From NCBI GenBank assembly GCA_039802605.1, contig JBDRWW010000001.1, positions 96,001 to 160,000 of the forward strand: a DNA stretch of 64,000 bases, read 5' to 3'. Source of the DNA: a candidate division WOR-3 bacterium. GTDB taxonomy: Bacteria > Hydrothermota > Hydrothermia > LBFQ01. The translations under genes and the position numbers were made by a program. The notes below the pieces were generated by a model. The model was not told where the DNA came from. It made no database searches and saw nothing but the letters and a program-made list of their open reading frames with translations. Positions 10,634 to 19,161 of the stretch are shown piece after piece (position 1 is the stretch's first letter; every line of letters begins with the position of its first letter).

Positions 10634-10985
10634 GGAACTCCCGGAACGGATAAAAAGGTTCTTGTGCGAAGGGGGTAAATCCAAAGGCTATTAAAAGATA
10701 AACGAAATATGTTCAACAAATTCAATGGCGGGTAGCTAATAAACCCTCAACCATTGCTTTAAGGGTTAAGGCAACGAAAAGGTTCTACATCTTATGAAAA
10801 CCCCTTACTTATTCCAAGGAAGGAAAAAAGAGGTTATAATTGTACCCTTTGTCAGGTCAAACCTCGAAGGGAATCTCGTATTTTTGGAAAATTTGAGGAG
10901 GTTGGATGTCTCTATAACCCGTGCAAAGATGAAACTTGTTTTGTACCTGTTGAAAATTTATAAGATAAGCCTTATAATATCTTAA
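10634..10985 (+). pseudogene. Remnant of a superfamily-1 (DNA2/NAM7/IGHMBP2-like) helicase
   Basis: 10812-10943 reads [44 protein letters not shown], matching motifs V-VI (FQGREKE...RSN...GFL...RRLNV..TRAK). A possible decayed Walker A (GTPGTDK) lies at about 10634. No intact gene. Confidence 0.7.
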
Positions 10986-10988
10986 ATG
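10967..10988 (+). promoter_or_regulatory. -10 box plus ATG, out of frame with the downstream long ORF
   Basis: AAGCCT-TATAAT (10967-10978), 7 nt, then ATG 10986; same geometry as the other gene starts in this window. Confidence 0.5.
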
Positions 10989-10992
10989 GTAG

Positions 10993-12924
10993 AAGAAGGA
11001 TATAGAAGTTGATGACAATTATTATTTTCCAGATGAAGCGTTTTTAAAAATAAAAAATTCCATAGAAAAATACCGGAGTTTCATCGTATTTTCATATTGG
11101 GGAGATAAAATTTATCAAAAAGTTTTATATGCATTAAAAACGATTTCCCCAAAGATAACCTTATATGAACCGCCGGCTGGAGACTTAAAAGATGCAAATC
11201 TTTCTCTAAACACATTTTTATGGAGGAGAAAGAGATACATACTTATAAATTTCGATGAGTATGAGAAATATAAAAACTTAACGGACTTTATGATAATGGG
11301 AAGGAGAAAAGGCTACAATTTTATCGGTATTAGTAGCTTTGGTGGTGATAAGGAATTGCTATACGAAAATATATTCAGGTCCTATGGTATATCGCCAAAG
11401 GATATATTTGACGAGGAGATTAATTTGATAGATTTTTACGATTACAACTTTATACTGGATAAAGGTGTTGAGGGATTACTAAAATGGGAAAACAGATGGA
11501 ACAATATGGATATTGAAAGTAAAATGCTTTTGAATATAATAAAGGTTTTTGTTGATAAAGATTTAACTTTAGACAATTATGGTATCCCCATAATATGGTT
11601 GGAAAAGGTTTTCCAAAAAAAGGGGGCAAATTTTGAGAAGGCATTAAAAGATTTAAAAATATTTGAATTCGTTAAAATACAAAACGGTTTAATATACCCA
11701 AACATGTTATCCCTTCAAATCATTCCGGTAGGGGATATGGATATAAGGTTCTTTTTGGGTATTGACGATGTATTAAATTTAAAAATTTTAAGGAATTTGG
11801 TGAGTGGCGAGAAATACGATTTGGACCCGCGAAAAATAGTAAATATAAATACATTGAATTCATCCGAAAGGATAGAATTTTTGATGATCCTTTTAGATTT
11901 TAACACAAATAAATATCTATGGGATTTAGATATCTCTATGCTAAGCTCCGCAGAAATTTATGCGGATGAACTTAAAAGGTTTATCAATCGCGTTGATACG
12001 GATATAAAACATAAAATACTATATTCTTTGGGAAAGTTTTATACCGTTAAAGGTTTTGAAATAGAACCATTAAACAATCTTGCAAAGGCAATAGAATTTC
12101 TGGGAAATAGTTTCAACATAGCCTGCTCCCAAGGGTTTTCATTTTCGGCGGGTAAATATTTCTTGGACTATATACAAGCGCTTATAAACCTTTCGTATAT
12201 TGAAGAACCCCATGAGGTTTTGGAAAAAGCCCACAATCTGATCACCAAATACGAGAACATTATACCCCCAGATCTTGAAAACGAGTTTAAATATGTTAAG
12301 ATAAATACAGAATTGCACTTATACTACCATATGGGATATAAAGAGGGATTAAAGGGGTTATTAAGGGATTTTGAGGTATTAATGAAAAAAATTCCTCAAA
12401 ATAGCAAAATAAAAACAAAAGTTTTAACATCCTTGGGAATACTATATATGCTTTTGGAGGAATTTCCCATAGCAAATACATATTTTGAAGAGGCGGAAAA
12501 ATTACAAAATAACAGGTATGCTTTTTTGCGCTTACACATTTGGAGACTTTATAATCTTCTAAACTATGCCGATATAAACCTTGTTATTGAAGATATAAAA
12601 AAGCACTTGGAACCCGAGATAATGGAGAATGCACCCATAACATATGGCATATATTTGTTCCTTTTGGGTCGCGCACATTATAAGATGTTCTTGAAAGAAA
12701 GGACAAATAAATTAAAACACGAGGCAATAAGTATCTTAACCTCCGCCGTAAGGTTTCTCAACGGTTTAAGCCTATTTAAATCCCTTGCTTGGGAACTTAT
12801 GGGAGATATATATAAAGTTATCGGGGATTACGGTTTATCCCAACAGTTTTATATGCTTTCAAACGACTATTTTGAAAAATCTCTGGTTAATAAAATAAAG
12901 TTGAGAAAGAAAATACCTCTATAA
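10993..12924 (+). CDS. Orphan protein: degenerate NTPase-like N-terminus, winged-helix-like segment, TPR-like helical C-terminus; start uncertain (first in-frame ATG 11290, probable true start 10986 with a frameshift)
   Basis: Frame is stop-free from 10993 to 12924. Contains hhhhD-type YILINFDEYE and TPR-like segments (VLTSLGILYMLLEEFPIANTYFEEA; AWELMGDIYKVIGDYGLSQQFY). Visibly AT-richer than its neighbours. Confidence 0.6.
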   Translation, partial: KKDIEVDDNYYFPDEAFLKIKNSIEKYRSFIVFSYWGDKIYQKVLYALKTISPKITLYEPPAGDLKDANLSLNTFLWRRKRYILINFDEYEKYKNLTDFMIMGRRKGYNFIGISSFGGDKELLYENIFRSYGISPKDIFDEEINLIDFYDYNFILDKGVEGLLKWENRWNNMDIESKMLLNIIKVFVDKDLTLDNYGIPIIWLEKVFQKKGANFEKALKDLKIFEFVKIQNGLIYPNMLSLQIIPVGDMDIRFFLGIDDVLNLKILRNLVSGEKYDLDPRKIVNINTLNSSERIEFLMILLDFNTNKYLWDLDISMLSSAEIYADELKRFINRVDTDIKHKILYSLGKFYTVKGFEIEPLNNLAKAIEFLGNSFNIACSQGFSFSAGKYFLDYIQALINLSYIEEPHEVLEKAHNLITKYENIIPPDLENEFKYVKINTELHLYYHMGYKEGLKGLLRDFEVLMKKIPQNSKIKTKVLTSLGILYMLLEEFPIANTYFEEAEKLQNNRYAFLRLHIWRLYNLLNYADINLVIEDIKKHLEPEIMENAPITYGIYLFLLGRAHYKMFLKERTNKLKHEAISILTSAVRFLNGLSLFKSLAWELMGDIYKVIGDYGLSQQFYMLSNDYFEKSLVNKIKLRKKIPL

Positions 12925-12925
12925 A

Positions 12926-12998
12926 AGCCACCGGGCGGACTCGAACCGCCGACCTGCGGTTTACGAAACCGCCGCTCTGCCGACTGAGCTACGGTGGC
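12926..12998 (-). tRNA. tRNA-Thr(CGU), CCA not encoded
   Basis: GCCACCG-TAGCTCAGTCGGCAGAGC-GGCGGT-TTCGTAA-ACCGC-AGGTC-GGCGG-TTCGAGT-CCGCC-CGGTGGC-T folds as a cloverleaf with anticodon CGT; followed by TTT rather than CCA. Confidence 0.95.
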
Positions 12999-13008
12999 GT
13001 GAGTAAAT

Positions 13009-13071
13009 ATTATAAGGTTGAAAGTTTTGAAAGCAATCTACTTTCCAAAACAAACTTCACGGGGGTATAAT
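13009..13071. promoter_or_regulatory. Divergent -10 boxes for tRNA-Thr and nuoN
   Basis: Minus strand: CAACCT-TATAAT (13020-13009), 10 nt before the tRNA 5' end. Plus strand: CACGGGGG-TATAAT (13058-13071), 8 nt before ATG 13080. Confidence 0.65.
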
Positions 13072-13079
13072 ACCCGCTT

Positions 13080-14486
13080 ATGAGTATTACAAAGGATATT
13101 TTTCTAATACAGCCCGAAATCGTTTTATCCGTGGGTATTCTCTTATCTTTGATTATCGATATACTCGCGACTAGGTCGGTTAAATGGTTTGTATCCCTGT
13201 TTTCCGTGATAGTACTTGTTATAACCGGATTTTATGTGTTAACAAACTTTTACAACGAGGGTGAAGCCTTTAAGATGCTCTCCATAACTTCTTTAAGCCG
13301 AACCTTTGATGTTGTTATTATTTTGGGAGCCATTATTACAAGCCTTTTGGCATGGGATAGGGAAGGGGAACACCAATTCTTGCTTTTATCCGCCACCCTC
13401 GGCGCTATGATTTTGGTAAAAGCGATTAACTTTATATCCTTTATTTTAGCCCTTGAACTCTTTTCATTTGCCATCGTAGGACAAATAGCGCTATCAAAGG
13501 ATGAACTGGGGATTGAGGCGGCTTTAAAGTTTTTCATTCTATCGGTCATAGCTTCAACTTTTATAGTTATGGGTGTTGCATTGCTTTACACCATATTTGG
13601 GACATTTGACTTTAAAAAGATATTTTTAGAGACAACCTTTAAACCCGTTTTTCAAGCAAAACCTTTAATATTCATATCCGCATTCGTGTTAGTATTGGTG
13701 GGTTTGGCCTTTAAACTCGCAGCGGTGCCTTTCCACTTTTGGACACCGGAAGTTTTTAGAGGGGCACACTCTTCGGTGGGTGGATTTATAGCAACGGTAT
13801 CAAAGGCTTCGGCCTTTGGTTTCCTTGTTAATTTCTTATATATAATTTTTGGAAATGTCCCTTACCTTTGGGGTGAGCTTTTAATTTGGTTGGGAGCCAT
13901 TACGATGTTTGTCGGTAATTTGGCCGCCTTGGCGGAAAACGATATAAAGAGGATGCTGGGGTATTCAACCATAGCACATGCCGGGTATATTATGGTTGCC
14001 TTTGGTGTGGGGACCGATACGGCCATTGGAGCCGCCATATTTTACCTTTTGGTTTATACCCTTATGACTTTGGGTGCCTTTGCGGTTGTAAACTCCATAG
14101 GTGAAAATAACACATCTTTGGAACATTATAAAGGCATATCAAAGAACCACGGTCTTCAAGCCTTTTTGCTTTTGATATTTCTCGTTTCCCTTGCCGGAAT
14201 ACCCCCAACCGCCGGCTTTGTGGGGAAGTTCTATCTGTTTATGGAAGTCGTTAAATCCGGGGAATACGCCTTGGCGATATGGGCGTTTTTAAACGGCGTA
14301 ATTTCCACGTTCTATTATGTTAGACCTATATTCTACTCGTACGGCTTTGAACCCAAGTACGAATTCAAAAGCGTATTAACACCGACCATAGCAGCGGTGT
14401 TTATAATTGGCTTCATAGGGGTTATATATCTTGGACTTGCACCAAGCGGAATACTTGAATTCATTTCAAGCGCGTTTACACACTGA
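13080..14486 (+). CDS. nuoN: NADH-quinone oxidoreductase subunit N (antiporter-like)
   Basis: EAALKFF, GLAFKLAAVPFHFWTPEV, GNLAAL, IKRMLGYSTIAHAGY, SLAGIPPTAGFVGKF. Confidence 0.9.
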   Translation: MSITKDIFLIQPEIVLSVGILLSLIIDILATRSVKWFVSLFSVIVLVITGFYVLTNFYNEGEAFKMLSITSLSRTFDVVIILGAIITSLLAWDREGEHQFLLLSATLGAMILVKAINFISFILALELFSFAIVGQIALSKDELGIEAALKFFILSVIASTFIVMGVALLYTIFGTFDFKKIFLETTFKPVFQAKPLIFISAFVLVLVGLAFKLAAVPFHFWTPEVFRGAHSSVGGFIATVSKASAFGFLVNFLYIIFGNVPYLWGELLIWLGAITMFVGNLAALAENDIKRMLGYSTIAHAGYIMVAFGVGTDTAIGAAIFYLLVYTLMTLGAFAVVNSIGENNTSLEHYKGISKNHGLQAFLLLIFLVSLAGIPPTAGFVGKFYLFMEVVKSGEYALAIWAFLNGVISTFYYVRPIFYSYGFEPKYEFKSVLTPTIAAVFIIGFIGVIYLGLAPSGILEFISSAFTH

Positions 14487-15160
14487 TGTGGGAGTTTGAA
14501 TCCCTTAGGATCTGGGTCCTATACGACCCGGATAAAATGGGTGTTGAAGAGTTTTATGATAAAGTTGTATCTTTGGGGGATCTCGTGGGTGCAATTCTGG
14601 TGGGCACGAGTTTCCTTGAAGGGGATATTTGTCCAAAGGTAAAGGCGCTAAAGGATTTATCAAAATTCCCCGTTATCCTATTCCCGGGTTCCCATTATCA
14701 GATATGCCCTTATTACGATTATGTCCTATTTCTATCCCTGATATCTGGTAGGAATCCCGAGTATTTAATAGGAGAGCATGTAAAGGCGTCCCCAATGATA
14801 AAGAGGTATAACTTGAAGGTTATACCAACGGCGTATTTGCTAATCGATGGTGGGGTATATACTTCAACCGAATTTATAACCAATACAAAACCCTTACCCA
14901 GAAATAAGTACGATTTAATCCTTTCCCATTGCTTGGCGGCAAAATACTTGGGTTTTTCGGCTATTTATTTGGAAGCGGGTTCTGGGGCGATCCTAAGCGT
15001 TCCGTATGAGGTGGTGAAGATTGTTAAGGAGGAGGTGGGTTTACCTTTAATCGTGGGTGGTGGTATAAGGTTAAAAAAGCAAATAGAAAACTATTTCAAA
15101 AGCGGCGCGGATATAGTTGTGGTGGGAACCGCCATTGAGGATGATGATAGGGAAATTTGA
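14486..15160 (+). CDS. Geranylgeranylglyceryl/heptaprenylglyceryl phosphate synthase (GGGPS/PcrB family, group II-like)
   Basis: DPDK, PVILFPG, SLISGRNPEYLIGEHV, IPTAYLLIDGG, YLEAGSGA, VGGGIR, GADIVVVGT. Confidence 0.88.
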   Translation: MWEFESLRIWVLYDPDKMGVEEFYDKVVSLGDLVGAILVGTSFLEGDICPKVKALKDLSKFPVILFPGSHYQICPYYDYVLFLSLISGRNPEYLIGEHVKASPMIKRYNLKVIPTAYLLIDGGVYTSTEFITNTKPLPRNKYDLILSHCLAAKYLGFSAIYLEAGSGAILSVPYEVVKIVKEEVGLPLIVGGGIRLKKQIENYFKSGADIVVVGTAIEDDDREI

Positions 15161-15452
15161 ACGTTTTTTGGGGGCAATCTGTTATCTACCCTTCTTATTT
15201 GTTATTCCCCTATTTTTGAATCCAAGCCATTTTTTGGTTTTTCATATAAAACAGGGTTTCCTCCTTTCGTTTCTATGGATGATATGGTTATACATTTATC
15301 ATTTTATCCCTATAATCGGCTGGTACATAATAGGCCCATTCGGTTTTATATTCCTCGTTTTTCTAACGGTTTTTGGAATGGTTAAAGCCTTTAACGGCGA
15401 TATGGAACCTTTGCCCTTTGTGGGGATATGGGTTGAAAAATTGAGATTATGA
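15141..15452 (+). CDS. Small membrane protein (DUF4870-like)
   Basis: AICYL, FLVFHIKQG, three TM helices, G...PLPFVG C-terminal motif. Confidence 0.65.
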   Translation: MMIGKFERFLGAICYLPFLFVIPLFLNPSHFLVFHIKQGFLLSFLWMIWLYIYHFIPIIGWYIIGPFGFIFLVFLTVFGMVKAFNGDMEPLPFVGIWVEKLRL

Positions 15453-16741
15453 AGTACATATGTTCGGTTTGCGGGTATATGTCGTTAAAACCCCTTGGTA
15501 GGTGTCCAAATTGTGGGGAATGGGATACATTCGTTGAGGAGGGGAAAAGGGAAAAGGGGGGGAAGTTAAAGGTTATCAAATTAAAGGATGTAAAGATAAA
15601 GGAGAACCTTAGAATAGATACGGGTATAGAAGGGGTTAATAGGGTTTTGGGTGGGGGTTTGGTTAAAGGTAGCGCCGTGCTATTGGGTGGAAGCCCCGGA
15701 GTGGGGAAATCAACATTGTTCTTGCAAATTGCAAATAACCTAAACGCTTACGGTTATAAGGTTCTACTGGTTTCGGCTGAGGAATCGGTTCATCAGGTAA
15801 AGCAAAGGGCGGAAAGGCTAAAGATAAATTTGGATGTGGAAATTACCGAGGAAACCAATATTGATTATGTGTTAAACGGGGCGGAAGGCTACGATGTTAT
15901 CTTTGTGGATTCTATTCAGGCGGTTTATACATCCGACCTTAACTCACCCCCGGGTTCAATATCGCAGGTTAGGTTTTGTGCGGATAAGCTTTTTAAGTTT
16001 GCCAAAACAACAAATACAACGGTTTTGCTATCGGGACATATAACGAAAAGTGGGGTTATAGCCGGTCCCAAAACATTGGAACATTTGGTAGATGTGGTTT
16101 TATACCTTGAAGGGGAAAAGGGTAATATGTTGAGGATTTTGAGGGCGGAGAAAAACAGGTTTGGACCCACGGATGAGATATCTTTTTTTGTAATGGAGGA
16201 GGCTGGTTTGCTTTCAATTGAAGATCCTTCAAGGTATTTCTATACACCATCGGACATCCCCAAGATAGGGGTCGCATATACTATAACCCTAAAAGGTAGT
16301 ATTCCAATGGTTTTGGAAGTTCAAGCCTTGGTACATAATACCTTTTACCCGGTTCCCCTAAGGCACTCCGTGGGTTATGATCCTAAAAGGTTAGCCATAG
16401 TTTTGGCCTTGTTGGAAAAACTGTTAAACTATAAGTTTGCAAAAACCGATGTTTATATCAACATAGGCGGGGGAATTAAAACGGATGACTCTTTCATAGA
16501 CATGGCCGTTTGCTCATCTATAATATCCTCGCTTAGAAACATACCATTGGACAATGCCGGTATATTCATAGGTGAGATCTCGCTAACCGGGGAGTTTAAA
16601 TCCCCAATAAACCTTGAAGTTAGGGAAAACGAGGGGAAAAGGGTCGGCTTTAAGAGGATTTATTCGGCCAAACCGGGAAGGATACTTGAATGGTTTGAGG
16701 TTAAGAACTTAAAGGATTTGAATTCCGTTATATCCCCATAA
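15449..16741 (+). CDS. radA: DNA repair protein RadA/Sms
   Basis: CxxC..CPNC zinc finger, GSPGVGKSTL, GPKTLEHLVD, KNRFG, Lon-like C-terminus. Confidence 0.95.
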   Translation: MKYICSVCGYMSLKPLGRCPNCGEWDTFVEEGKREKGGKLKVIKLKDVKIKENLRIDTGIEGVNRVLGGGLVKGSAVLLGGSPGVGKSTLFLQIANNLNAYGYKVLLVSAEESVHQVKQRAERLKINLDVEITEETNIDYVLNGAEGYDVIFVDSIQAVYTSDLNSPPGSISQVRFCADKLFKFAKTTNTTVLLSGHITKSGVIAGPKTLEHLVDVVLYLEGEKGNMLRILRAEKNRFGPTDEISFFVMEEAGLLSIEDPSRYFYTPSDIPKIGVAYTITLKGSIPMVLEVQALVHNTFYPVPLRHSVGYDPKRLAIVLALLEKLLNYKFAKTDVYINIGGGIKTDDSFIDMAVCSSIISSLRNIPLDNAGIFIGEISLTGEFKSPINLEVRENEGKRVGFKRIYSAKPGRILEWFEVKNLKDLNSVISP

Positions 16742-17327
16742 CTGCATAGTACAGTATGTTTATGCCCATCTTTATCGCCTTTTCCCTTATATCCTGGGGA
16801 TCTCCATACCTATCCGTCCAACCGTCGGAAACATTGGAATTCCAAGTGTACAGCACCGCAAGCCTACCCCTGATAAATATTCCATAAGCCTTTGGAGGAC
16901 CCGGATAATGTTCATGAACCTTGGGAAGAGGTATATCGTAAAATATACGGAATATGGGATGATCCGGGGGGATTTCCACGAGTTCGTACTCCGGGAAAAC
17001 CCTTTTTATTTCCCTCCTAAAAGCGCTATCAAGCCCGTAATCGTCATCTACATAAAGAAAGCCTCCATTTTCAAGGTATTTTCTTAAATTCTTAATTTCC
17101 TCATCGGAAAACCTTATACCGTCATGACCCGTAATAAAAAGCATAACATATTCGTATATTTCAGGTGAGGAGAGTTTTATGGAATAGGCGTTCGTGTCAA
17201 AAATAGGGGATACCCGGGAGTTGAACTCCTTGGTTATGTTGGGTAAAATCTCGGGATCGTTATACCAATCACCACCGCCCCCGTATTCAACCCTTGCTAT
17301 CTTTAATAATGAGATTAGAATAATCAT
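16728..17327 (-). CDS. DUF4159 domain protein
   Basis: IAR.EYGGGGDWY, LF.TGH, LRKYLENGGFLYVDDDYGLD, HPIF, KMGINI; ATG overlaps the transketolase stop. Confidence 0.8.
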   Translation of the reverse strand: MIILISLLKIARVEYGGGGDWYNDPEILPNITKEFNSRVSPIFDTNAYSIKLSSPEIYEYVMLFITGHDGIRFSDEEIKNLRKYLENGGFLYVDDDYGLDSAFRREIKRVFPEYELVEIPPDHPIFRIFYDIPLPKVHEHYPGPPKAYGIFIRGRLAVLYTWNSNVSDGWTDRYGDPQDIREKAIKMGINILYYAVMGI

Positions 17328-18130
17328 TCCAACTCTTTTAAGGCTTTTTCGTAGAGTTCATCGGTTAATACGCCACTATGCCATTTGTAGTCGTTTTCCA
17401 TAAACGAAATCCCTTTGCCTTTAACCGTATGCGCTATTATAAACTGGGGTTTATCCTGTGTTTTCGCCCATGTGAAAACCTTGTATAACTCTTCCATATT
17501 GTGGCCATCAACCTCTTTTACCACCCATTTAAAAGCCTCAACCTTCTCCCTTATGGGCTCCGGGTCGTTTATCTCATTAACATTTCCCTCTATTTGTAGG
17601 TGGTTGTAATCAAGTATAAAGGTTAGGTTGTTTAAGCGGTAATTTCCGGCCATCATAATTGCTTCCCAAGTTTGACCTTCCTGTAATTCCGCATCGCTTA
17701 TAACCGTCCAAACCCTTGAAGGTTTATTACTCAACTTTAACCCAAGCGCCATACCGACCGAAATGGATGTCCCCTGAGATAACGAGCCGGTTGAGGCCTC
17801 CGCCCAAGGCGTTCTCCTCCTTGAAGGGTGTCCCTGTAAAATGCCATTAACATTTCTAAACTTTTTCAGTTCTTCCCTGTCTATCCAACCCAATAGGGAC
17901 CATATGGAGTATAGGGTTGCGCATCCATGCCCCTTCGATAACACAAACCTATCCCTATCCTCCCAAAAGGGATCCTCCCTTTTTATGTTCATTACCTTAA
18001 AGAACAAAACCAAACCTACCTCAACCCAAGATAGCGCACCCCCTTGATGCCCCGATTGCGCCCTATAAGTCATCTCAATTATATCCCTACGAACGATTTT
18101 TGCGTATTCCTTCAATTTCTCAAAATCCAT
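17324..18130 (-). CDS. Transketolase, N-terminal (TPP-binding) subunit
   Basis: SGHQGG, DRDRFVLSKGH, LQGHP, STGSLSQG, SDAELQEGQTWEA, DGH, TVKGKG. Confidence 0.92.
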   Translation of the reverse strand: MDFEKLKEYAKIVRRDIIEMTYRAQSGHQGGALSWVEVGLVLFFKVMNIKREDPFWEDRDRFVLSKGHGCATLYSIWSLLGWIDREELKKFRNVNGILQGHPSRRRTPWAEASTGSLSQGTSISVGMALGLKLSNKPSRVWTVISDAELQEGQTWEAIMMAGNYRLNNLTFILDYNHLQIEGNVNEINDPEPIREKVEAFKWVVKEVDGHNMEELYKVFTWAKTQDKPQFIIAHTVKGKGISFMENDYKWHSGVLTDELYEKALKELE

Positions 18131-18138
18131 AACTTTGT

Positions 18139-18163
18139 AGTATAAAGTTGAGGACCTTATAAT
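18139..18163. promoter_or_regulatory. Back-to-back -10 boxes only 13 bp apart (transketolase / heptosyltransferase)
   Basis: Minus strand: CAACTT-TATACT (18150-18139), 8 nt before ATG 18130. Plus strand: GGACCT-TATAAT (18152-18163), 8 nt before GTG 18172. Confidence 0.65.
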
Positions 18164-18171
18164 ATTTGCCC

Positions 18172-19161
18172 GTGAAGATCCTGATAAGACTTCCCAACTG
18201 GTTGGGGGATTTCGTTATGTCCTTTGCCTTTTTAAAAAAGGTTAAGGAAGCCTTTGAAGGTTATGATATATTCGCAATTTCAAAACCACAATTTTCACCT
18301 CTATTAAACTTTGTGGGAAGGTTTAATGTTTTTCACTTTTCCAAGGAAATGTACAAAGGGTTTAAGGGCTTGTTTGATTTTTCGCTTTCAATAAGGGGGG
18401 ATTACCAATACTATTTTTCACTTCCCGATTCCCTATCGTCCGCACTAATGGGTTTTTTATCGGGAGCCAAAAGGAGAATAGGATATTCTTCGGAGTTTAG
18501 GGATCTTCTTTTAACGGATGTTCTTAAAAAACCCAAAGTATTACACAGGGTTGAAGAGTATGCCTACCTTTTGAAGGATTTTTTAAAAGAGCCTTTAAAG
18601 GATCTGGATACATCAATAAGCGTTGAACCGGATTTGGAAATACAAAGCCTTAAAGGTTTGAAGGTTGCGATAAACATAAATTCCGAGGCCCAAAGCAGGA
18701 GGATGTCCGTAGAGAAGTGGGCAAGGGTTGTTAATCTCCTCATCAAACGGGTGGATCCATATATAATCCTAACGGGTACAAAGAAAGATACCGAAAGGGT
18801 TAAAAAACTTATAGGTATGATAGATAACGATAAAAAAGTTATCAACCTTTGCGGAAAAACGGATATTTTGGGTTTGGCAAGGGTGTTAAAGGCCGTGGAT
18901 ATAACCATAACCGTTGATTCCGGACCAGCCCACCTCTCAAATTCCGTAGGGACACCAACATTGGTACTGTTCGGCGCAGGAAATGAAAAGAACACATCAC
19001 CGTATTTAAAGAAAGACCTAAAAATATTGCGCTTAAAAAACTTAGAATGTGCCCCGTGTTTAAAAAACAGGTGCAAATATGGGGAACCCATTTGTCTCAA
19101 CCGTTTGGATGAGGGGATAATCGTTGAGGATGCCTTAGCCCTGCTTCAAAAATACCCATAA
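18172..19161 (+). CDS. LPS heptosyltransferase (GT9, WaaF-like)
   Basis: KILIRLPNWLGDFVM, NLCGKTD, DSGPAHL...GTPT..LFG, C-terminal CxPC...C...C; start set to GTG 18172. Confidence 0.85.
   Translation: MKILIRLPNWLGDFVMSFAFLKKVKEAFEGYDIFAISKPQFSPLLNFVGRFNVFHFSKEMYKGFKGLFDFSLSIRGDYQYYFSLPDSLSSALMGFLSGAKRRIGYSSEFRDLLLTDVLKKPKVLHRVEEYAYLLKDFLKEPLKDLDTSISVEPDLEIQSLKGLKVAININSEAQSRRMSVEKWARVVNLLIKRVDPYIILTGTKKDTERVKKLIGMIDNDKKVINLCGKTDILGLARVLKAVDITITVDSGPAHLSNSVGTPTLVLFGAGNEKNTSPYLKKDLKILRLKNLECAPCLKNRCKYGEPICLNRLDEGIIVEDALALLQKYP

Noticed and set aside
10567..12925. Integrated mobile element or prophage at tRNA-Thr
   Set aside because: No integrase, transposase or duplicated tRNA 3' end found; reported only as a decaying islet
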